Shown: piece after piece, positions 53,601 through 64,000 of the stretch
Numbering within the stretch: position 1 is the first letter of the stretch
Layout: each line of letters begins with the position of its first letter
Assembly: GCA_002633005.1 (NCBI GenBank)
Contig: NMRA01000486.1
Coordinates: forward strand, 183,251 to 247,250
Length of the DNA stretch: 64,000 bases
Source: Phoronis australis
Taxonomy: Eukaryota; Animalia; Phoronida
Reading direction: 5' to 3'
The notes under the pieces: generated by a model
Seen by the model: the letters and a program-made list of their open reading frames with translations, nothing else
Database searches by the model: none
Told to the model about the DNA's origin: nothing
Made by a program: the position numbers and the translations under genes

Positions 53601-54785
53601 TGGCATTTAAATTTTTTTTATATTATCAATGGTTTTTAGCATATTGCGATGTAATGAAATGTCTCTTGTCTGCCATAGTGTGTGCTAAGTCGGTGAACGA
53701 TAACCATTCTATTGTAATATGAAATATTGTGACGAATCACGTAACAGATGAGATATTGATGAATAATCACCAGTTGTTGAAAAACATATGAAATATTTCT
53801 CATCTAGTTGTTTCTGTACTTAAGATTTCCATATATACTTAAACATATGCATATGCATTGTTATATGCCCAATTCAAAATGGAATACCAGAGAAATATTT
53901 GGAAAATGTGCTCAGACTGCACAGAAAATTGGGTGTCTAAAAGTTTCAGTGATCGTTAACTCGTAATATGTGACAGACAGTAATATGACGTGTGCAATAC
54001 TACATCATTGAAGGTCCTCCCTGCCGATTTGCATTTTTGGTCTTGGAAATCATTGCTATTGTTTTATTGTTATTGTATAATACATCCAATCTCTAAATGG
54101 CAGATCTGCTTTATTGAGCTGCCATCCTCCATTTCAGGTGACATATCAACTAAAGATCCTGACCACTGCTCTCTTTTCTGTCTTCATGTTGAACAAACAG
54201 CTCACTAAGATGCAGTGGGCCTCTCTAGTCACACTCTTTGCTGGTGTTTCCATTGTCCAGTTAGAGCAACAGAGCGGAAGTCAACACAAAGAGACAGTGG
54301 CCACGGAACAGAACGCAGGTATAGGCCTGGTGGCTGTTATCATCTCCTGTGTCATGTCAGGGTTTGCTGGTGTCTACTTTGAGAAGATACTCAAAGGCAC
54401 TAAGCAGACCGTGTGGCTACGTAATGTCCAACTGGGGGTGCTGGGTGCCGCCATCGGCACCGTCACCATGTGGTTTAAAGATGGTGACAAGGTGTCAGAG
54501 AAAGGGTTTTTCTTTGGTTATGATTGGGTTGTGTGGGTAGTAGTGGCTTTGCAAGCCTTTGGCGGGTTGTTAGTAGCAGTAGTGGTGAAGTATGCGGATA
54601 ATATATTGAAAGGATTCTCCACTTCTGCGGCCATCGTGTTGTCGTGTATAGCATCGGTGTATCTGTTCAATTTCCAACTGTCACTGCAGTTTACATTAGG
54701 GGCGTTCCTGGTCGTATCAGCCGTATATCTCTACAGCAAATTTGCTGCACCCCCTCCCACTCCTACCCTGCCCAATAGGGCGTAG
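41644..54785 (+). CDS. SLC35A2: UDP-galactose translocator (SLC35A nucleotide-sugar transporter), ~353 aa
   Basis: Exons 41644-41680, 46026-46070 (tentative 45-nt exon), 50745-50956, 52831-52950, 54138-54785(TAG), phase-consistent. MKYISL..LMVQNA...[95 protein letters not shown]. Closer to SLC35A2 than A1/A3 by eye. Confidence 0.9.
43433..43977. mobile_element. MITE with GGGGGGAAGGCA subterminal inverted repeats, holding a family D copy (43733-43845); right end lost in gap
   Basis: Left AGGGCTGTTCCAG...GGGGGGGAAGGCA, right TGCCTTCCCCCCC then Ns; internal GGGTGGT repeats. Confidence 0.65.
43978..44011. other. Assembly gap (34 N); single Ns also at 19447 and 31038
   Basis: N characters in the sequence. 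Confidence 1.
45065..45148 (-). mobile_element. tRNA-derived SINE-like fragment
   Basis: Minus strand TAGCTCATTGAACAGTTTAGACG...GGTTCAAGTCCC; similar to 34255-34335. Confidence 0.5.
45318..45588. repeat. Tandem repeat with ~48-bp and 68-bp unit variants
   Basis: GAAGCC...GAGCCTAT...AACTAGGCACATGTAC.TACTG recurring; GAAGCC at 45426, 45494 and 45562. Confidence 0.85.
50339..50555 (+). mobile_element. TA-flanked MITE (TACCGTAAA family), full copy
   Basis: TACTGTAAACTTGCGGGTCAACGCCC ... GGGCGTTAACCCGCGAATTTACGGT, with internal CGCCCA repeats. Confidence 0.8.
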
Positions 54786-55273
54786 TACTTCTTATCCTGT
54801 CCAATAGGGGGTAGCATTGAGGTTCATTAGGGTTGTTGTGCTGCGTACCATACCATGACTGTGGTCATGTGTTATCACGTGTCGCATACTGTACTTAGAC
54901 ACTTGCTCATCATTTTTATTTTGCCTTATAATAAAACGCATCACACCGACTTCTGCATGGTTCACAATCTCAGAGGAAAACATGGAAATAAAGTAGACAG
55001 AATTGTCATTCTGTGAGTGATACTGGGAAATCAAGGAGCAAAAATTGTTGTCCTTTTTTATGGGAAAAAGAACTCATGAAATAAAATTTCAACCTGGAAC
55101 CGCAATATAAATTGAACCATGTGTTATCGTAAATTTATTTCCAAGAATTACAAAACAGGTGATGGGCAACTTCCATAATAGTTTAATTGAAAACCACGCA
55201 ACTAGAGCAGACCCTAGTGAATCACATTGTGACTTGATGACTTGTAGTTGTGATGTGATTGACAGCTCTCCAC

Positions 55274-55440
55274 TGTGTGATACTAGGTAACAATGCATGC
55301 TCCCGATGTGCGATGCAAGGTAACAATGCATGCTCCTGATGTGTGATGCAAGGTAACAATGCATGCTCCTGATGTGTGATGCAAGGTAACAATGCATGCT
55401 CCTGATGTGTGATACAAGGTAACAATGCATGCTCCTGATG
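55274..55440. repeat. 33-bp tandem repeat, 5 copies, downstream of the SLC35A2 stop
   Basis: TGTGTGATGCAAGGTAACAATGCATGCTCCTGA units. Confidence 0.92.
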
Positions 55441-58020
55441 GCCTTACTACAATGTTCAATGTATCTGATGCTCACTGTTACTAACTCAACTTGCATACTC
55501 TGCAGTTGAGTTGGCACTTGTGCAATGGAAAGCTATGAGACCAAAAAGCATAGCTGGTTCTAGTCTGTTCTTTTTTTGAAAATAGAGAGACAGTGGTACA
55601 CTATTTTTTCAGTTGCCCACTTTTTCAAACAATCCACCTAAAGTGAGAAAACCTGTGGCGTTTCAAACCTTGCTTTTCGTACCCTTGCATCCAAGCCTTT
55701 GGGTAGCTTCTCAACAGAATAACACGAGACCTCGGCTGAAATTGACAAATACAGCAGATGTTTTTTTTTTAGTAGGTGAGCGAAGGTTTCATAATGAATT
55801 TGTTTACAGACCAGAACCACCTGTGCCTATTGTTGGCTTGGTAAGCAAACGTTACCAGGTTCGCTGTAATACTGTTTCATCTGGTAAATACGAGTCGTTT
55901 TAGGTATTATAAACTCGGAATTTAAGAATTGTGTTGATGGACACCTTTGATTTAAAAATAGTTGGTGGTGTGCATCAGCACAAAAATTTTACTTATCGGT
56001 TATCTAGCTTGTATTTTGCACAAGAGGGGTCAGCGTTACATGTAGTTGTGAGTCTCTGGGCATTTTGGATGACTCTTGGGCAGTTTGTAGGAGCTGGCAT
56101 GATTCCAGCACTCAGTTATTCACAGTAGGTGGGTCAAGTATGTTTTGGTTATCTCCATACTATCACAACTGTATATGGTATCTCTAATGTCTTTGTCTTA
56201 AGTATGGATTATTTGAATTTCTAGTTTTGAATTGGGCTACAAAATCTGATTTATGTAGTGTATAGATCTGACTTCTCACAATTTTCTCAAGATCTTTAAG
56301 TCAATTTTTTGTGTAGACTTGTTATCAATAATTGGTTATCTTGTATTTGTTATCAATAATTGGTTATCTTGTATTTGTTAACGAGAGAATTTATGGCAAA
56401 AATTCTCCACTATGGGATAGTCGTAGAATTTGGGAAACGGAAAGTCATGCAAAAAATAATCTCAACTCTGGAATTTGGGACTTGGGAATTTTGGCGTTCT
56501 CCATATTTCTCAAATTTCTTACTTGTTTTCAATCTACCGAGTGGATAATTTTGCCATATTTTAGGCGATTCTTGAATTTGGGAAGGCCAGTATTGGCTAT
56601 TTCTAGAGTTTGTGACAAGGTCCGACCTTGAGCTAAATAATTCATTTTTTCGCTGTCCCAAATTGTTGAAGTTTTACCTAATGTATTAAAGTTTGTTGAT
56701 GTAACCAAGAAATAGTTTGGGGGTTTCGTTTTATCAGCATTAGTGAAATACGGGGAGGTGGAATTAGAACTGGTCTGTCGAAGGTGTCCCGGATATTCAT
56801 GCCCAAATAAATTACAAATTAGACGAGAGAAATATGAAACAGTTCAAAGTAAGTGAATATTCTAGATGCAGAAACAACAGCATGCAGACATTCATTTGTA
56901 CTTTCGTTGTTTTCTGGTATCCGCCTGTGAATGCGTTTGGCTCATCCCAAACTGAGTCAGTTGTGAAGAAATTACTTTTGGAATAAACTATGTTGAACAA
57001 AATCAAAAATGGTAAATATCTGGTGAAACGATTTTGGACATCATGCTATGAATACAAAGACAGTTTGTAAAAAATGCAAGTGAACTGCACCGTTTTGGTA
57101 GTTTTCTTCTTCGCACATAAACCTGTCGACAGTCGGTCTTTGTACAACTCATGCCCTAGGTTATTTTTGTCCGACAATGACCGAATGCTTGTGATTGGTT
57201 TAATTCACGATTGCTCAGAAATTATCAACATGTATCTGTGTGTTCCTGTTGGCAGTTAATGGCTGAAAATTGTGTTGGTTGCATACTTTCGTAAGGAGTG
57301 GTACTAGAATTGAATTGTGGATCATCGGCTGGCTAGCAAAAGTAGCTTATACAGTAAAAAGCATTTTAGTTACAAGGGTTAGTGCGTATGTAACATTTGC
57401 GAATCTGCACATTACTTCCAGGCGTTTCATGTGCGAGCACTAACAAGTAACAGCCAATCAAAAATGCACAGCCATGATGTCATTAGTTCTCTTATGCATT
57501 TTTGACCTCTTGTAAAACTGTAGTGTCCTAATGTGATTTCTTTCTGTGCTGGTCATTCATAAGACTTCTGCTGTCTGCTTTTTGCTACGATTCACAGAAA
57601 ACAATATTCCAAGTCTTACACTGTCTGGTGTTTTTTTACACAAGTTACTGTCGTGTGTGTGCTGTTTAGTCCACCGAAGGTTGGATCTACTCTGGATTGT
57701 GACATCACATTTAATTTGTTTCCTTCTTATGTATTAGTGTATTTGTATCGCCCATGACACAGTGCCAGATGGTTGATTCATTAATGAGATTGGAAGAAAG
57801 ATGCAATGCCTCAGCCATGTGATTTATGTCAGATGTTATCAGTTTATGCGTTTAAGTATGATCTTATTAAGAGCAGCAGTTGTTAATGTGAGAAATGAGA
57901 ATAAAATATAATATGATATTATTAATAATGGGTTTTGAATAAAGTTATTTTTTACATGTGGAACATCTTTGTATTTTTGATATTATTCACACATAAACGA
58001 TATTTTACCCCGTTTCGTTG

Positions 58021-58290
58021 GTTAAACAACGAAAATTGAATTAGGCCTTTTATTCCCCTAAAAACATGCATAATTGCCATTACCATGATGGGATCCCATG
58101 TTCATTACAACAGACAGTGTGGCATGCGCTAACTTCAATTTTGCTATTTTAGGGTGTGGTAAGCCCAATAGAGTCTGAAGCATTTCAAGACGTCAGTGCT
58201 TTCGATGTTCTTGTTGGTAATAGAAATAGAATCCTGTCATGGTAAGGGATGTAATGAGATCGATTTTTTTAGAGTAAAATGCCTAATACA
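58021..58290. mobile_element. Probable old MITE between SLC35A2 and CDK20 3' ends
   Basis: Imperfect inverted ends ATTAGGCCTTTTATTCCCCTAAAAA / TTTTTAGAGTAAAATGCCTAAT. Confidence 0.45.
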
Positions 58291-59792
58291 TTGTATCGCT
58301 AATTTAAAGATCAGTACTTCATCAGTGTACTGCGCTCATTTCGTGTGAAGGACAAATTTTTGCTAAGTACAGTGAATTCACATTGGGATTTGGTGAGAGA
58401 CCATGGACTACCTACTAGTTGCCAGACTTGTGATGCAGGAAAGTGGTTGGACAAACTAAGCAACTGTTGAAATCTTCCTAAAATTTACTGAGGTTGCTGG
58501 AGATACAGTCATATATTTGAAAAGTAGTGTTTAAGTTTCCTTTTTGGATTGATTTATTAAACATTGATTGACTGAAAAGTGACAAACAATAAGACTGCCA
58601 TGATGCCAAATACATCTCTTCCACAAAACAGGTAGAGGTGGCCCTGAAAGGGCAACATAGCTATCTCGGGGGCCCAATGCCAATTTTCATAGTCGCCAGA
58701 CAATATATTGTATTGGTATGGATTTTGACTATACTGTGCCACCCCTACATGGGTTCATAATGCAACATAAAAATGAGATGTAATTATATATGTAAAAATG
58801 AGATGGACAAATATACAAAAATAAGGATGAAAATTCAGAGTAAAGCGTGAATGAAACTCCTCTAAAAGGAGAACTGGTGAACAAATGACACAGAGAACCT
58901 ATTTGTTTCCATTCTGTGCCCGCAGCCTTATACAAACCTTCAGCCTTGCCATAACTCGTGTAATATATTGTAATTGCTTTGGGTTAATCAGCTCTTAGCT
59001 CAGCATGTTGTATGTCCAAAGCCAGGAATGACCTTGACATTACAAATGGCACTCAATGAAGACAGACACTGGAATCTACTGATTTCAGTACTTTCTAGGA
59101 AATACATTAGTGTGTATTTAAGCTTATACAAGTCTCCCCCATGAACAATTGCATTCCATGCAAGACTTGACATCACAGTAATTCAGTGGCATTACAAGAG
59201 GGATGCATAGCCTCCAGTTGCATCCCAACCCGACAGTAGCCAATGCCAAGTGAGGGAGGCACCACGAAATTCATGCTAAGGATTGTACATTGACTCTTGA
59301 CTTTCCTCAATTTCCAACTGCTGCTTGCTGGCTTATGTGCCTTGGTACTTGTCCATTAAGTTGCACACCCAGCTGAGAAATGATGAGAAGCAATATACTG
59401 TCTAATGCTGGCCCCACTGTAGACTGTAGACGAACAACTTAGCCAAGCAAGCTCAATAACATCAGCAGCCTACCGTGTCCACAGAGATGTCATTGCCTAC
59501 ACCTGCATGGTTTCTTTGAAAATTGGGCACTTCAAGGCTCGTGATGATGTGATGGTGCAACAACGGGAATCATAACAGACAGGTCAGTACCTTTTGACCT
59601 AGCCAGGTCACTGCAGTAATGACAACGAAAGGGCTGGTATCTACTGCCCTAGCCACACCAAAGAAGTGATGACACTGAAAGGCCCGGTATCTTCTGCCCT
59701 AGCTATGCCACAACAATGACTCTGAATGTTCAAAATTAACAAAAAAATAGACTCATGACCTCTGACCCATCTCTGTTACAGTTCTCTGACTG

Positions 59793-62700
59793 TCAGTTTT
59801 TCTTGTGTATGTACATTGAAAACATTTCCGGGTCCAGGAGAGAGTCTTCTAAAGGTGCGTCCACATTGTACTCATGAGCTCTCGGTACACGGCGGGTCTT
59901 CCCTCTCTGGGGTATAGGCAGCTCTGAGTGGTGTGCAGGTAGGGGCTCCGTGAACAGGTAGGGGTGCACCAAAGCCTATGGGTAGACGATGAGAATTAGG
60001 GCACTGGCAGCAAAAGCCTGACAGGTGGATACAGAGGTATGGAAATGATCTAGGAATTGTAAAAACAAATGATTTTATGAACGGTAGTATGTTGTTGACA
60101 AGAATCACACAAAGTGATCTCAAACACCTTGCCTGAGTTCATTAATTTGTATTTTGTTCAAGAGAAACAGAATGCATTTCTGACTACTAGTTAAACAATC
60201 TATTCAGCTGATTTCAAAAAAGATCCATATTAAGATCCACGTTAATGGTCAATGTGTCTAGTTGTTTAATTTGCTTTAATTACTTCAAATAAATTATTGC
60301 AAAGAAATTTTCAATCATGACAATATTTTAAGATAAACTCCCGCTGTATTGATGAAGCAACTCAATGCACTTTGACATGAACCCACAGTGCAATTTAACA
60401 TGAACCCACAGTGCACTTTGACATGAACCCACAATGCACTTTGACATGAACCCACAATGCCCTTTGACATAAGCCCACAATGCACTTTGACATGAACCCA
60501 ACATTTCATCATTCACCTTTTGTTAGAATTTTCAAAATAATTTCACATGATAATGATTCTTACTTGTCAAATTATTAACACATTTAATTTCGAAATAAGT
60601 GAACTTCAGTGGCATTACTGTATACTTTAATGCACTGGCAAAAATAATAGATTTTGTAGAAAAATAATGAAAACAAACATAACCCATCCACCAACCTCCT
60701 TGGCAGAAATCCTTTCATTGGACGGGTAAACAAGGAACCTCTTTAGTAAATCAAGGGCAACTGGAGAGGCATCAGGAAGTATTTCTTCAAATGGCGTCGG
60801 CGGACTCTCTTGGAATGTGATCTTTTTATAATCGGGCAGTTCTGACATACCCTGTGCACACAGACATTTAGAATACACTACAGTACAGTATACACTTTAT
60901 AAGGAAAACACATCTGTCCTTTCAAATAAGCGAATCTTGACAGTATTTCGCATTATATTTCTCTACTACAACCTAGTAATATCACACTGAGCTGATGTAA
61001 GTCGTTTGCATTGTAATCCTAAAACATTAACATAATTATGTTAAATTAATAATAAGCTTCATTAAGATCACACGCTACGTACAGGCCATGTCTGTTCTGT
61101 AGGCGTTCCCAGGACCTTGAGTACGCAGCATAGCTGTTCTATATCAGTGTCTCCAGGGAACAGTGGTGAATTGTTGAGCAGCTCACCAAAGATGCATCCA
61201 ACAGCCCTGAGTAGACAGGGAATAAAGAGAGTAGAATCACATCTCAGCAGTGGAGATGTTAATCTGTGACAAATACATGGTGATATTCACTTTCTGTATG
61301 ACTCATACTTTACAATGACACATCCACTTTGATGGTCGAAGTAATAAACATTGTCAACAGGGGTCACACATTCACAGCACACAGGCCGTGAAGTGCAAAG
61401 CAAATGCAACAATGTTCAACATCCATATTTCAATTTTATCCCAAAATCGTTGTGTGAAGGAATGTCAACAAGAGCGAACACACACATCTGTGTTATTCTC
61501 TCTAGCATCTTTATTCTAATGTGATTAAATCAATACACCACAAACGAACTTGTTTGCCTTTTTTCTGTTCTTTATCCAAAATCTACATATTAAGTGTTTT
61601 GACTTAGAGTTGACATATTTAATATATTTAATACTCAGGAATAGTTAGTGACAAGATATGTTGCTTCTTCGTTATCATTTTCCATGTTGTTGAAGACACA
61701 ATTATCAGAAAGTCGATTTTAAATTAAAACGCACTATAAAATAAAAGCTTAATGAGAGATTACAAGTCAAAACTTGAACAAAAGAACAGAGTAGAGCACT
61801 GACCATAAGTCAACACCCTCGTCATACTTTCTGGCACCGTAGAGTAGCTCTGGGGCTCTGTACCATCTAGAATGAAAGATGTAATTGTCATATAAGCGTT
61901 GACAGAAGACGGCTCAAATCCAAGCAAGGCATACCTCACTGTTGAGGACCCCAGACCACAGGGGTATGATGAATAATGTCTTAGAACTTGCAACTGCACC
62001 AGTAAAGTTGTACAAACATAGAATGGAGGTACATGCACTTGGACGGAAAATATGCAATAAAGATTTAGATGCATCATCTCATCCAAAGGGTGAAACTCAT
62101 TATGTAACACAAACCTGGTCGCCACCTGGTGACTGTAAAGTCTTTTCCCATCGTTTTGAAATACTCGAGCCAAGCCAAAGTCTGCAATCTTTAAATGTCC
62201 TGTAGAGCTAATCAACAAATTGGCTGGCTTTAAATCCTGCAAACAGATGTGCTATGCAGAAAACATTTTAAAATAAATGACACCTTTAGATTTTTTCACA
62301 GAAAAGTTATTATTTAATAAAATGTTGTAAAAGAATAAACTATCAAACAACACAGCCAGAAATAAACGCGTAACCAACAATTCAAGAATACATTTGAAAA
62401 TTAAAATGGTAATCCCAGTGTCAGTTTTCTCCAACATTAGAAACATGGCTCCATGTGTCAAGCTCGCTGTAATGTTGAGCATGCCCAAAAATCTGCACTG
62501 TCTATTAAATTAAAATAAGTTTGGGTTAGTTTAAGAAGCCTATGAGCTCCATTACAAAGGTTGTTTCAGAACTTGAATTATTCCTTCAACAGAAAGTGAT
62601 GCAAAAACACAACAGAATGGAACAATATTTGTCACTGAAATACATTCATGACATCATGTCCCAGCAAAATAGTCATACAAGTTCAATGTGCAACATTCAA

Positions 62701-63941
62701 AAATAAACAACCACGAAAAAGAAGTGCTGATTCCAGGGTTCATTTCAAAAAGCTAGATTCATGTGAATTTTGTGAGATCATGCCAGATCACTGGCACATG
62801 ATGATTTGAGTGACAGGTTAATAGTAAGATGGTGACCTCACTAACATACATCGTGAAGTGACAGCCACTGAAGTGATTGGTCGGCAAGGCTGCTATATTG
62901 AATTATAGGGAAAAACTGTGTTTAAACGCATTATTTGTGTTCCACAGACTAAAGTTTCTCCCAGAAAATGGGCAACAGTTGGATGTAACGTGCCCACATT
63001 TTGAGAGCCATTTTTCCACTGAATAACTGGCATCAAAGTGGTTCTCAAAATCTCGACACGTTTTTTGCGACCATTGCCCTGAAAATGTCTGGCAAGTGCA
63101 TGGCATTACAGAACCTGTTCCAGTACTTACTCTGTGCATGATGTGGTTCTCATGGCAGAAGGCCACACCCTTCAGCAGCATCATCATATAACTCTTGATC
63201 TGGGCTTCAGTCAGGGGCTTTTCGGTATTACGTATCACCTCAGCCAGATCCGACAGCATGTAGTCAAAGACGAGGACAAAGCCAGTACCATGTGGAAACA
63301 CATCGCGTAACTTCACTACGTGTTGGTTCTCTTCAATTTCTTGTAAAGCTTTGATTTCCCTGTGTGACAAACATTAATCTGCATGCTGCAGTTGACTCAC
63401 TTCTGGCAAAATAGACTAACTTTTGGTTTAGACTCCCTGTGTGACAAACATTAACCTGCATGCTGCAGTTGACTCACTTCTGGCAAAATAGACTAACTTT
63501 TGGTTTAGACAGCTACTGCCATAAAAATGATGAGATCTTGTTCCTTATTCAGATTAAAAGTACGCCCTGAAGTTGGGGAAAACAGTCATCTCTTGCAGCC
63601 ATACTAAGAGCAATTTTTTAATTCTAAGTTAACTTTAAAGTTTTTCATTTTTGTTTGACCTGCAGTGCTGAGGACTTCAACATAACAAATTACAAGCGTG
63701 ACTAATATAAAAGCTGAAACCAGATTATCTTACAAGAGAAAGCATTATTTCAAAACAGTGGAATTTCAGAAGACCACCCAGAGCAAGTACAGATGGCATT
63801 TACAAGTCACTGTTCACAGCTGGAAAAACAGCAAGCATAAAAGTTGACAAAGTAGACCAATATATACCTGAGGGCGGTGTTTGGTACTCCTTCTTCCAAT
63901 TTACGCAGGGCAACCTTTTTAAGAGCGACGATGTCACCACT
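59793..63941 (-). CDS. CDK20: Cyclin-dependent kinase 20 (CCRK); first coding exon lies beyond the window
   Basis: Exons 63941-63868, 63359-63131, 62236-62115, 61866-61804, 61206-61083, 60851-60696, 59975-59793(TGA), phase-consistent. [99 protein letters not shown] are characteristic of CDK20. Confidence 0.96.
60363..60502. repeat. 23-bp tandem repeat (CAATGCACTTTGACATGAACCCA), ~6 copies, last CDK20 intron
   Basis: Directly visible. Confidence 0.92.
63357..63510 (-). repeat. 77-bp direct duplication spanning a CDK20 splice acceptor
   Basis: 63357-63433 and 63434-63510 differ at one base; each contains the minus-strand ...TGTCACACAG|GGA. Confidence 0.95.
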
Positions 63942-64000
63942 CTGCATAGAAACGGCAAGTTTAAATCACAGTGAGCATGTTAGTGTAAGCAGCTCAAAAC

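Noticed and set aside
62115-62145. Ser instead of Thr in the CDK20 activation loop (YSHQVATR)
   Set aside because: Conservative, still phosphorylatable change; not evidence of a novel kinase.

Overview
Intron-rich, AT-rich animal genomic DNA. It looks like a marine invertebrate (possibly a mollusc or other lophotrochozoan), but the taxon cannot be fixed from the sequence. Five spliced protein-coding genes were rebuilt by hand from GT-AG boundaries and phase continuity: the last four exons of MON2 (+), a complete 14-exon NEK4-like kinase (+, ~683 aa), a complete 3-exon CHCHD4/MIA40 (-), a complete SLC35A2-type UDP-galactose transporter (+, head-to-head with CHCHD4, 257 bp between start codons) and CDK20/CCRK (-, first coding exon outside the window). 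Introns and intergenic DNA hold a decayed L1/Tx1-type LINE, a hAT deletion derivative with a perfect 8-bp TSD, several nested MITE families (one with 6-bp TSDs), tRNA-derived SINE-like fragments and many minisatellites. There are three assembly N positions; one is flanked by a probable haplotype duplication of NEK4 exon 1. No prokaryotic-type system or CRISPR array is present. The most unusual pattern is that tandem duplications repeatedly start exactly at splice sites of the two ciliary kinases (NEK4, CDK20), creating decoy acceptors/donors and candidate poison exons.
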